NCBI GenBank assembly: GCA_945865805.1
Contig: CAMBGJ010000001.1
Span: 1-48,284 of the forward strand
DNA from: Bordetella parapertussis
GTDB taxonomy: Bacteria; Pseudomonadota; Gammaproteobacteria; Burkholderiales; SG8-41
DNA: 48,284 nucleotides
Direction: 5' to 3'
Part shown: piece after piece, positions 1-7,350 of the stretch
Numbering within the stretch: the stretch's first letter is position 1
Layout: each line of letters starts with the position of its first letter
The notes under the pieces: generated by a model
Databases searched by the model: none
What the model saw: only the letters and a program-made list of their open reading frames with translations
Told to the model about the DNA's origin: nothing
Position numbers and translations under genes: made by a program

Positions 1-105
1 CGCGGCCTCTGCCTGCGTAACGCCTCGATTCAGAGCGGCAATCACCCGATTGCGGATTTCTGCTTGCGCTATCGCTGGTATTTCTTTCATGCTTTGTGTC
101 TTCAT
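1..105 (-). CDS. 5' end of a gene running off the window edge; N-terminus looks like a helix-turn-helix / IS-transposase-type DNA-binding domain
   Basis: Minus-strand reading from ATG at 105 (or 90) gives MKTQSMKEIPAIAQAEIRNRVIAALNRGVTQAEAA with no stop before the edge. The pattern resembles the HTH N-termini of IS630-like transposases. Only about 35 aa are visible. Confidence 0.25.
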   Translation of the reverse strand, partial: MKTQSMKEIPAIAQAEIRNRVIAALNRGVTQAEAA

Positions 106-518
106 GCCCTAGCAACGTACTAGGACATATTAGGTTGACTTGTTAATAAGGCGGACTTAAGGCACAGTCCGACAGCTTGCAGGAAGAGAACCCAAGGTAC
201 CGGAGTTGATTGGTTTCCCCGAAAAGACAACGCCGCAATCGGCATCATCCGTTCCAGTTGATCCTTGATCGCGCTACGTGCCTCGCGTAATTCGCGCAAA
301 TAATAGGGTCAGACACGATATCTCCCTCGATATTAAACCCAACCATTTGTTGTCAATGATCTTTTTCATTTCCCATTTACCTCCGCCCACTTCGCTCATG
401 CACCACGCCGCCGCCCCTCCGTTATTCGTTCCGCCGTCTTCACCATTAGCCATAGCAAAATAATACCGTGAATTGCGCTGCTTGATGTTGCCGTGCCCGG
501 AAAGGGAGCAAAGAGTCA

Positions 519-589
519 GGAAGGAGGGGCGAGCTTCGTGCCGCCGCTTGCCCCCATCCCCACCTTCCCCCGCGCGCGGAGGAAGGAGC
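519..589. repeat. degenerate half-copy of the G/C-rich 'GGGGATGGGG' palindromic element (family B)
   Basis: cccccatccccaccttccccc...ggaggaagg matches the right arm of the copies at 13174, 15448 and 25211. The left arm is only vestigial. Confidence 0.4.
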
Positions 590-809
590 TTGGTTGCGGC
601 ATGTTCAACCGGTCTCGAAATTTAAGTGTCGTTGTACTGGCACGCGCAGCGCGTCCAGCAAGTATCAGAGTAGAGCAGTCGCCCAGCTGATGAGTCTTCC
701 GCAGCGCTGATCAGCGGGAATTGGCCGAAAGCGATAGCCTGCTTCGCAACAACAACTTTCCCCTAAACTCCCGCGCCGATTCGACGACCGGTGCAACGCA
801 TAGTGTCGA

Positions 810-1553
810 TCAAGCACACACCGCGCAAGCCGGGTCTTTCTTCAACCGGATCATGCGGATATCCATGGTCAACGCATCGACCAGCATCAAGCGTCCGGTC
901 AACGGTTGCCCGATGCCCGTTAATACTTTCAACGCTTCCGCCGCCTGGATGCAGCCGACGATGCCGGTGAGCGGCGCGAAGACGCCCATCACCGCACAGC
1001 GCACTTCTTCGCTTTGTGCGTCTTCGGGGAATAAACACGCGTAACACGGGGCGTTTGCATCGCGCATGTCGAACACGGCGATCTGTCCGTCGAAGCGCAC
1101 GCCCGCGCCGGAGACCAAGGGTTTTCTGTGTTTGACGCAAGCGCGGTTGACGGCGTGGCGCGTGGCGAAGTTGTCGCAGCCGTCTAGCACCACGTCGGCT
1201 TTTGCCACCAGTTGATCGAGTTCGTCGCCGGTCACGCGTGCGGCGATCATTTCCACCGTCGTTTCGGGGTTCACGCTCGCTAGGGTGTCGCGCGCGGATT
1301 CCACCTTGGGGCGACCGATGGCGTCACTGCGATGCACGATCTGCCGTTGCAGATTGGTGAGATCCACTTTGTCGTCGTCGCACAGTGTGATAGTGCCCAC
1401 GCCGGCCGCTGCGAGATACAGCGTGATCGGCGAACCGAGTCCGCCTGCGCCGATCACCAATGCACGCGCGGCGCGCAGCTTTTCCTGACCTTCGACGCCG
1501 ATTTCCGGCAGCAGGATGTGGCGGCTGTAGCGCAGTAGCTGTTCGTCGTTCAT
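810..1553 (-). CDS. moeB: HesA/MoeB/ThiF-family adenylyltransferase (molybdopterin-synthase adenylyltransferase MoeB-like)
   Basis: MNDEQLLRYSRHILLPEIGVEGQEKL...VIGAGGLGSP Rossmann motif plus a C-terminal CxxC. The ATG at 1553 is preferred over the TTG at 1556 used in the ORF track. Confidence 0.85.
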   Translation of the reverse strand: MNDEQLLRYSRHILLPEIGVEGQEKLRAARALVIGAGGLGSPITLYLAAAGVGTITLCDDDKVDLTNLQRQIVHRSDAIGRPKVESARDTLASVNPETTVEMIAARVTGDELDQLVAKADVVLDGCDNFATRHAVNRACVKHRKPLVSGAGVRFDGQIAVFDMRDANAPCYACLFPEDAQSEEVRCAVMGVFAPLTGIVGCIQAAEALKVLTGIGQPLTGRLMLVDALTMDIRMIRLKKDPACAVCA

Positions 1554-1562
1554 CAAAAAAGA

Positions 1563-1581
1563 CGCCCGGCGAGGCCGGGCG
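1563..1581 (-). terminator. intrinsic terminator downstream of ctpA; its U-tract abuts the moeB start
   Basis: On the minus strand: CGCCCGGC-CTC-GCCGGGCG (8-bp GC stem), then TC TTTTTT G ATG, where ATG is the moeB start. Confidence 0.6.
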
Positions 1582-1591
1582 CGGTTATATC

Positions 1592-1611
1592 ATAAGTATT
1601 TGTTTTTATTG
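1592..1611 (-). repeat. AT-rich box copy 1 (reverse orientation)
   Basis: Reverse complement is CAATAAAAACAAATACTTAT. It lies between the ctpA stop and the terminator hairpin. Confidence 0.6.
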
Positions 1612-1612
1612 C

Positions 1613-3058
1613 TTAATTTCCGCCAGCCGTCGCGCCACGCGATTTCAGGAAGGCGATCGCCTGATTCAGTTCGTAATCTTTTTTCGACACTACCTGCCCC
1701 GCCTCGGGACGCAATTCTTTCGGATCAATTTCAGGCCGTGCTTCGGGCTCGAAATTGTATTTGGCGCGCGCGGCGGCGAGAGCCTTTACTTTTTCTAATT
1801 CTTTGCTGTCCTTGCTTTCCGGTGCGGCGGCGGGCTTGCCGTCATCCAGGTGCTTGCTCAAATCGGCTTCGCGCAAACGCAGGCTGGCGTTTTTGTCGAT
1901 GGCGCTTTCGAGCGGGATATCCGGCATGATGCCCTTGGCCTGGATCGAGCGACCGTTGGGCGTGTAATAACGCGCGGTGGTGAGTTTGATCGCGGTGTTG
2001 TTGCCGAGCGGCAATATGGTTTGCACCGAGCCCTTGCCGAAGGTTTGCTGGCCCATGATCACGGCGCGACCGTAATCCTGCAACGCACCGGCGACGATTT
2101 CTGACGCCGAGGCCGAACCGCCATTGACCAGCACCACCATCGGCAATTTCTTGATTTCCGGCGGCAGCTTGGCGAGATAATCCTGCCGGTTGCGTCCGCG
2201 CAGATAATGCTCGGGGCTGGCATTCAGGCGCATTTTCGAATCCTCGGCACGGCCATCGGTGTACACCACCAGCTTGCCCGACTCGATGAAGGTGGCGGTC
2301 ACTGCCACCGCGCTATTGAGCAAACCGCCCGGATCATTACGCAGATCAAGGATGATGCCTTTCATCGGGCCTTTGACATGCGCTTCAATGGCGTTGGCGA
2401 GCAGTTCGCCGGTGCCTTCCTGAAACTGCGTGACGCGGAAGTACGCATAGCCCGGCTCGAGCGTGGTGGCCTTCACACTTTGAATCTTGATTACCGCACG
2501 GGTGAGCGTGAGTTCAATCGGATTGGGTTCGCCCTTGCGCACGATGGTCAGACGGATCGGCGTGTTGGGGCGGCCACGCATTTGTTTGACGGCATCATTC
2601 AGCGTCATGCCCTTGACCGAGTTGTCATCGAGCTTGACGATGAGGTCACCCGCCATCACGCCCGCGCGCGAGGCCGGGGTGTCGTCGATCGGTGAGATCA
2701 CTTTGACGAAACCGTCTTCCATGCCGACTTCGATGCCCAGGCCGCCGAACTCGCCCTGCGTGCCGACCTGCATTTCCTTGAAGGCTTCCTGATCGAGATA
2801 TGCTGAGTGCGGATCAAGGCCCGTCAACATGCCATTGATGGCCTCGGTGATGAGTTTTTTGTCTTCGACGGGCTCGACGTAATCTTTCTTGACGCGACCG
2901 AACACCTCGGTGAACGCGCGCAGTTCTTCGATAGGCAGCGGCAAGGGCTGGCGTGCCGCGCTTTCGCGTTGCGCCACGGCCGAAAAATTAAGACTGATAG
3001 CCACGCCGATGACGATGCCGGCGATGATGAGGCCTACTTGCCCCAGTTTGTTACGCAT
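1613..3058 (-). CDS. ctpA: carboxy-terminal processing protease (S41 family, CtpA/Prc-like)
   Basis: 481 aa with an N-terminal TM/signal segment, a PDZ-like region (GGLGIEV...ISPIDDTPASRAGVMAGDLI) and the S41 catalytic region (VVLVNGGSASASEIVAGALQD...GKGSVQ). Confidence 0.9.
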   Translation of the reverse strand: MRNKLGQVGLIIAGIVIGVAISLNFSAVAQRESAARQPLPLPIEELRAFTEVFGRVKKDYVEPVEDKKLITEAINGMLTGLDPHSAYLDQEAFKEMQVGTQGEFGGLGIEVGMEDGFVKVISPIDDTPASRAGVMAGDLIVKLDDNSVKGMTLNDAVKQMRGRPNTPIRLTIVRKGEPNPIELTLTRAVIKIQSVKATTLEPGYAYFRVTQFQEGTGELLANAIEAHVKGPMKGIILDLRNDPGGLLNSAVAVTATFIESGKLVVYTDGRAEDSKMRLNASPEHYLRGRNRQDYLAKLPPEIKKLPMVVLVNGGSASASEIVAGALQDYGRAVIMGQQTFGKGSVQTILPLGNNTAIKLTTARYYTPNGRSIQAKGIMPDIPLESAIDKNASLRLREADLSKHLDDGKPAAAPESKDSKELEKVKALAAARAKYNFEPEARPEIDPKELRPEAGQVVSKKDYELNQAIAFLKSRGATAGGN

Positions 3059-3105
3059 GGACTGCTCCGGTTAACAACATGACCTACTTTACGTTCTTAC
3101 GTTCA

Positions 3106-4422
3106 CTACCTTTTCACCCAAGACAACGGGTCAAAAGGCTTGCCCTGATGGCGCAGCTCAAAGTATAAACCTGAATCCCCGCCGCCGCCGCTATTGCCGA
3201 TAGTGGCGACCGATTCCCCGCCGTTAATCTCGTCGCCAACCCGTTTTAACAGGGTTTCGTTGTAGCCATACAGACTCATGTAGCTCTCGCCGTGGTCGAT
3301 AATCAACAGATTGCCGAAGCCGCGCAGCCAGTCGGCGTAAACCACCCTGCCCGCTGCCACCGCCCGCACCGGCTCGCCCGCCCTGGCCTTCACGAACACG
3401 CCTTTCCAGGTTGAACCGCCATCATTGCGTGGACTGCCGAAGCGCCCGCTTAGTTCCCCGCGCACCGGCAGTGCCAGTTGGCCACGCAGACGCGAAAAAA
3501 GCTGCGCCGCGGCATGGGCTTCGGGCACCCGTTCGTTGCGCTGGCGTGGCGTCGATTCCGCGGCGGGCGGCGCCGGGCGGGCGGGTTTGGGCGTGCGCGT
3601 GATGACTTTCGCCAGTTGTTCGATCAGCGTGCTCAGGCGCGATTCATTGCGTTGCATCGCGCCGATTTCGTTGCGCTGACGGGTGATGTCGCGCGACAAA
3701 CGCGTGACGACTTCGGCGCGCTTGGCCTTTTCCGCTTCGAGCCGTTTGCGCTGGTTGATCTGCTCAGCGCCGATGGCGGCCAGCTCGGCCGCCTTGGCGG
3801 CGGCCTCGTCGGCCAGCGCCTTTAACTGGGCCATGTTGTCGCGCATGCCGCGTATGGCATCGGCGTGGGTGCGCGACACGTAACTCAAATAGTGCAGGTC
3901 GCGCGCGATGGTGTTGGGGTTTTCGCCGCTCAGCAGCAGGCGCAGCGTATCGGGGGGGCTGCCGCCATGACGCAGATGTTGCGCGTGCAGCAGGCGCGCG
4001 AGATTCTTCTGATGGCTTTCAAGCGAGGCAGAGGCGCTGCGGGTCTCGGCGCGCAAGGCCGCGTTGCGTTGCGTGACGGCCAGCGAGGATTTGTCCAGAT
4101 CCGCCAGATCGCGATTGGCTTCCGAAATCGCGCGCTCCGATTCACGCAGCGCGTCGGCGGCATCAACGCGCGAAGCTTCGGCGCCGGCCATCTGCTTTTG
4201 CAAATCCTCGATGCGGCCGCGCAGTTGTTGCAGTTCTTCCTTCGCGGCGGCGGGGTTGGGGGCGGCGGGTGCTGGGAGGGCGCGAAGGGTTAACGTCAAC
4301 AGCACACCGCAAAGACGCAAAGACGCAAAGAACCCCGCGCAAAGAAATACGTGTTCCTGGTTTTCTTTGTGTTTTTGCGTCTTTGCGTCTTTGCGGTGGA
4401 TGTGCTTTGTTTTCGATGTCAC
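3106..4422 (-). CDS. envC: murein hydrolase activator EnvC-like protein (coiled coil plus C-terminal M23/LytM domain)
   Basis: Long coiled-coil region followed by LLIIDHGESYMSLYGYNETLL...ATIGNSGG...LYFELRHQGKPFDPLSWV. The GTG start at 4422 overlaps the gpmI stop (GTGA). The first ~40 codons run through a palindromic repeat, so the true start is uncertain. Confidence 0.8.
   Translation of the reverse strand: MTSKTKHIHRKDAKTQKHKENQEHVFLCAGFFASLRLCGVLLTLTLRALPAPAAPNPAAAKEELQQLRGRIEDLQKQMAGAEASRVDAADALRESERAISEANRDLADLDKSSLAVTQRNAALRAETRSASASLESHQKNLARLLHAQHLRHGGSPPDTLRLLLSGENPNTIARDLHYLSYVSRTHADAIRGMRDNMAQLKALADEAAAKAAELAAIGAEQINQRKRLEAEKAKRAEVVTRLSRDITRQRNEIGAMQRNESRLSTLIEQLAKVITRTPKPARPAPPAAESTPRQRNERVPEAHAAAQLFSRLRGQLALPVRGELSGRFGSPRNDGGSTWKGVFVKARAGEPVRAVAAGRVVYADWLRGFGNLLIIDHGESYMSLYGYNETLLKRVGDEINGGESVATIGNSGGGGDSGLYFELRHQGKPFDPLSWVKR
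4305..4398. repeat. family A long palindrome (arms built from tandem CGCAAAGA units)
   Basis: caccgcaaagacgcaaagacgcaaa at 4305 is the perfect reverse complement (25 nt) of tttgcgtctttgcgtctttgcggtg ending at 4398. Confidence 0.85.
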
Positions 4423-5954
4423 GCAAATTCCAGCAGCGGCTTGCCAGTCATCTCCGCAGGCTGCGGCAGGCCCATCATTTTGAGCAGTGTGGGCGCCACA
4501 TCCTGCAGCGCGCCGCCGTTGGCCGCGCGCGCCTTGCGGCCGATGTAGAGCAGCGGCACCAGATTCAAAGTGTGTGCGGTGTGCGGCTGATTGGCTACAG
4601 TGTCGAGCATGGTTTCGGCGTTGCCGTGATCGGCCGTGATCAGCACTTCGCCGCCGATGGCCTGCATGGCTTCGACCGCGCGGCCGATACAGCCATCCAG
4701 CGTTTCAATCGCGCGCGTGGCGGCGGCGAGGTCGCCGGTGTGGCCCACCATGTCGCCGTTGGCGTAGTTGCACACGATGGCGTCGAATTTTTTGCTGTGG
4801 ATTGCCGCCACCACTTTGTCGGTGACTTCGCGGGCGCTCATTTCCGGCTGCAAATCGTAGGTCGCGACTTTGGGCGACGGTACCATCACGCGTTCCTCGC
4901 CCGCGTAGGGCGTTTCGACACCGCCGTTGAAAAAGTAGGTGACATGCGCGTACTTTTCGGTTTCGGCGATGCGCAGTTGCTTTAATCCGCGCGCGGCGAG
5001 AAATTCACCGAAGCCGTTGCTGATGTTCTGCGGTGGATAGGCGGCGGGCAGATGCGCGAAATCCTCGCCGTAGGTTGTCAAAGTGCAGTAGTAGCCGAGC
5101 TGGGGTGCGTGCTCGCGCGGAAAGCCATCGAACTTTGCATTGGTCAGCGCTTGGGTCATTTGCCGCGCGCGGTCGGCGCGGAAATTCATGAACACCACTG
5201 CGTCACCGTCGTTCATGCGCACCGGCTTGCTGCCCGGCGGCACGATGGCGGTGGGTTTGACGAATTCATCGGTTTCGTTGCGCACATCAGCCAGCGCATA
5301 CGCATCGGCGGCGCTTGCTGCCCAGAATTCCGCTTTGCCCTGCGTGATCACGTCGTAGGCGGGCTGAACGCGTTCCCAGCGCTTGTCGCGATCCATTGCG
5401 TAATAGCGGCCAGTGACTGAGGCGATGCGGCCGATGCCGAGCGCATCCAGCTTTTTCTGCAACGCGGTGAGCGACGGCTCAGCGCTTTTCGGTGGCGTGT
5501 CGCGGCCATCGAGAAAGGCATGCACGTAGAGATTTTTCACGCCCGCTTTCGCGGCCATGTCCACCAGTTCAAGGATTTGCGATTCGTGGCTGTGTACGCC
5601 GCCGGTGGACAGCAGGCCCAGTACATGCAGCGCATTGGCCTTGCCGACTTCGAGTGCTTTCAAAATCACCGGGTTGTTGCGGAATTCGCCGGTTTCGATG
5701 GCGTGTTCGATCTTGGTGAAATCCTGATACACCACGCGGCCCGCGCCGATGTTCATGTGACCGACTTCGGAATTGCCCATCTGGCCCGTGGGCAGGCCCA
5801 CCATTTTTTCGGAAGCGTCGATGACGGTGTGCGCGTGTTTGCCCCACAAAAAATTCCAGTGCGGCTTGCGCGCCTGGCAAATGGCGTTGTTGTCGCATTC
5901 TTCGCGATGACCGAAGCCGTCGAGGATGAGCAGTAAAACGGGAGTGATTTTCAC
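4419..5954 (-). CDS. gpmI: 2,3-bisphosphoglycerate-independent phosphoglycerate mutase
   Basis: 511 aa with MKITPVLLLILDGFGHRE...GNSEVGHMNIGAGR...ITADHGNAE, the canonical iPGM motifs. Confidence 0.95.
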   Translation of the reverse strand: MKITPVLLLILDGFGHREECDNNAICQARKPHWNFLWGKHAHTVIDASEKMVGLPTGQMGNSEVGHMNIGAGRVVYQDFTKIEHAIETGEFRNNPVILKALEVGKANALHVLGLLSTGGVHSHESQILELVDMAAKAGVKNLYVHAFLDGRDTPPKSAEPSLTALQKKLDALGIGRIASVTGRYYAMDRDKRWERVQPAYDVITQGKAEFWAASAADAYALADVRNETDEFVKPTAIVPPGSKPVRMNDGDAVVFMNFRADRARQMTQALTNAKFDGFPREHAPQLGYYCTLTTYGEDFAHLPAAYPPQNISNGFGEFLAARGLKQLRIAETEKYAHVTYFFNGGVETPYAGEERVMVPSPKVATYDLQPEMSAREVTDKVVAAIHSKKFDAIVCNYANGDMVGHTGDLAAATRAIETLDGCIGRAVEAMQAIGGEVLITADHGNAETMLDTVANQPHTAHTLNLVPLLYIGRKARAANGGALQDVAPTLLKMMGLPQPAEMTGKPLLEFA

Positions 5955-6045
5955 GAGAGCGTTTTCACAATAGAGCCATGTTTTTCAAAGGTTTTTTTGC
6001 GGCAAGCGCATACGGTATAATTCTATCCCATTTCAGGAGCAGCCC

Positions 6046-6489
6046 TTGGAGCAGTTTTTCGCCACCTTTTTTACCTACGTCCAGAAAAGTCCGCTCAACA
6101 TGGTGTTGTTCGGCCTGGCGCTCACGTCTGCCGGCATGTTGTTGTTTCCGCTGTTCACGCGTGGCATGCGTCCCGGCGCCGAAGTCGGCCCGGCGGAAGC
6201 GGTGACGTTGATTAACCGCAAAGACGCGGTGGTAATCGATGTGCGCGACGAGGGCGAGTTCAACAGCGGCCACATCAACAACGCGCGCCACATCCCCGAA
6301 AAGCAATTGGCGGATCGCATGAAGGAGCTGGAGAAATTCAAGGCCAAGCCGGTGATCGTCAGTTGCGCCATGGGACGCCGCGCGTCGGTTGCGGTGGATG
6401 CCTTAAAGAAGCAGGGCTTTGCCGACGTGGTGGCGTTGCGCGGCGGCATCAGCGCGTGGTCGCAAGCGGGCATGCCGCTGGAAAAATAA
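6046..6489 (+). CDS. membrane-anchored rhodanese-domain sulfurtransferase
   Basis: 147 aa. TTG start is preceded by AGGAG at 6034. N-terminal TM helix, rhodanese fold with active-site loop VSCAMGRRAS. Confidence 0.85.
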   Translation: MEQFFATFFTYVQKSPLNMVLFGLALTSAGMLLFPLFTRGMRPGAEVGPAEAVTLINRKDAVVIDVRDEGEFNSGHINNARHIPEKQLADRMKELEKFKAKPVIVSCAMGRRASVAVDALKKQGFADVVALRGGISAWSQAGMPLEK

Positions 6490-6490
6490 C

Positions 6491-6510
6491 CAATTAAATC
6501 AAAAACTTAT
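6491..6510 (+). repeat. AT-rich box copy 2 (forward; exact IHF-type core AATCAAAAACTTA)
   Basis: CAATTAAATCAAAAACTTAT lies between the rhodanese stop and the grxC ribosome-binding site. Confidence 0.45.
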
Positions 6511-6521
6511 ATAGGAGCATC

Positions 6522-6779
6522 ATGGCTAAAGTCATCATGTATAGCACCGCAGTTTGACCTTACTGCGTAACCGCGGAGCGGTTACTGGCAAGCAAAGGTG
6601 TTACGGAAATCGAAAAGATTTATATCGATAAAGACCCCGCGCGTCGCAGTGAAATGATGGAAAAAACCGGGCGGCGTACCGTGCCGCAAATCTACATCGG
6701 CGACACGCATGTCGGCGGCTACGATGATTTGTCTGCGCTCGATCGCGCGGGCGGGCTCGAACCGCTGCTGGCGAAATAG
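6522..6779 (+). CDS. grxC: glutaredoxin 3 with an in-frame TGA (6555-6557) replacing the first Cys of the CPYC active site; candidate selenoprotein, alternatively a nonsense pseudogene or a base-call error
   Basis: My own translation: MAKVIMYSTAV[TGA]PYCVTAERLLASKGVTEIEKIYIDKDPARRSEMMEKTGRRTVPQIYIGDTHVGGYDDLSALDRAGGLEPLLAK*. It is colinear with Grx3 (TVPQI, GGYDD motifs). AGGAG lies 6 nt upstream of the ATG. It sits in the conserved rhodanese-grxC-secB position and is missing from the ORF track only because of the TGA. Confidence 0.75.
6567..6585 (+). other. RNA hairpin 9 nt downstream of the grxC TGA (candidate bacterial SECIS)
   Basis: GUAACCGC-GGA-GCGGUUAC is a perfect 8-bp stem with an apical loop starting in G. 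The loop begins 17 nt after the UGA. The stem ends use GTA (Val) and TTA (Leu), which are rare codons elsewhere in this GC-rich window. Confidence 0.5.
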
Positions 6780-6812
6780 CTGAATCACGAAGCACAACCC
6801 GAAAGCAATGTA

Positions 6813-7349
6813 ATGAGCGAACAAGCCCCCGCAACCAATGCAACCAATGCACCGCAAGCCCCGGCGGACATGACGCAGCCGATTTTCAGCATCGAGAAAA
6901 TCTATCTCAAGGACATGTCGCTCGAAGCGCCCGGCACGCCGAAGGCTTTTTTGCAGAATGAACAACCGCAGGTGGATGTGAACGTACACACCGGTGCCAA
7001 CGTGGTCGAGGCCGGTGCGCTGTATGAAGTGGTGCTCACCATCACGGTCACCGCCAAGGCCAAAGATCACACGGTGTTCCTGGTTGAGGTGGCGCAGGCG
7101 GGGCTGTTTCACATCCGCAATCTGCCGCCGCAGGATCTCGATGCCGTGCTTGGCATTTTGTGCCCGACCAATCTGCTGCCCTACGCGCGCGAAGCGGTGT
7201 CCAGTACCATCGGCCGCGCGGGATTCCCGCCAGTGGTGCTGCATCACATGGATTTCAATCATGTGTTCCAGCAGGCGCAACAGCAGCGCGCGGCGCAGGC
7301 CGGGCAGGTTGGAGCCGCACCAGCCGCCGCGCCGTCCAAGGCGAACTGA
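6813..7349 (+). CDS. secB: protein-export chaperone SecB
   Basis: 178 aa with FSIEKIYLKDMSLEAP...VFLVEVAQAGLF...LCPTNLLPYAREAVSS...GFPPVVL, typical of SecB. Confidence 0.95.
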   Translation: MSEQAPATNATNAPQAPADMTQPIFSIEKIYLKDMSLEAPGTPKAFLQNEQPQVDVNVHTGANVVEAGALYEVVLTITVTAKAKDHTVFLVEVAQAGLFHIRNLPPQDLDAVLGILCPTNLLPYAREAVSSTIGRAGFPPVVLHHMDFNHVFQQAQQQRAAQAGQVGAAPAAAPSKAN

Positions 7350-7350
7350 C

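Noticed and set aside
278-690. Plus-strand ORFs 278..463 and 493..690
   Set aside because: They have no ribosome-binding site and their composition is Pro-rich and repeat-derived. The second is the translated shadow of the family B repeat (PPLAPIPTFP). Neither has the features of a gene.
687-760. Hammerhead-ribozyme-like core words CUGAUGAG (687-694) and CGAAA (726-730) downstream of moeB
   Set aside because: The helices do not form. The sequence between the two core words cannot make a closed stem II (only the G:C closing pair fits). Stem III would be 3 bp. The flanks do not pair as stem I. I treat it as a chance co-occurrence of short words.
4305-4398. Short tandem 8-9-nt repeats (CGCAAAGA x3, CACAGAGGN x3) as a possible CRISPR array or VNTR
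   Set aside because: The units are only 8-9 nt long with no spacers, and they form the arms of inverted repeats. There are no cas genes. They are REP-like palindromes, not CRISPR.
5997-6021. Perfect TATAAT at 6016-6021 upstream of the rhodanese gene, as a sigma-70 promoter
   Set aside because: The only TTG-containing -35 candidate (TTGCGG, 5997-6002) lies 13 nt from the -10, which is too close. Without a credible -35 or transcription-start data I do not report it as a feature.
6522-6779. Reading grxC simply as a nonsense pseudogene
   Set aside because: I did not adopt this as the primary call. The stop falls exactly on the catalytic Cys codon, the rest of the gene and its ribosome-binding site are intact, and a rare-codon-built hairpin sits at SECIS distance. 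A pseudogene or a single-base sequencing error (TGC to TGA) cannot be excluded from this window alone.
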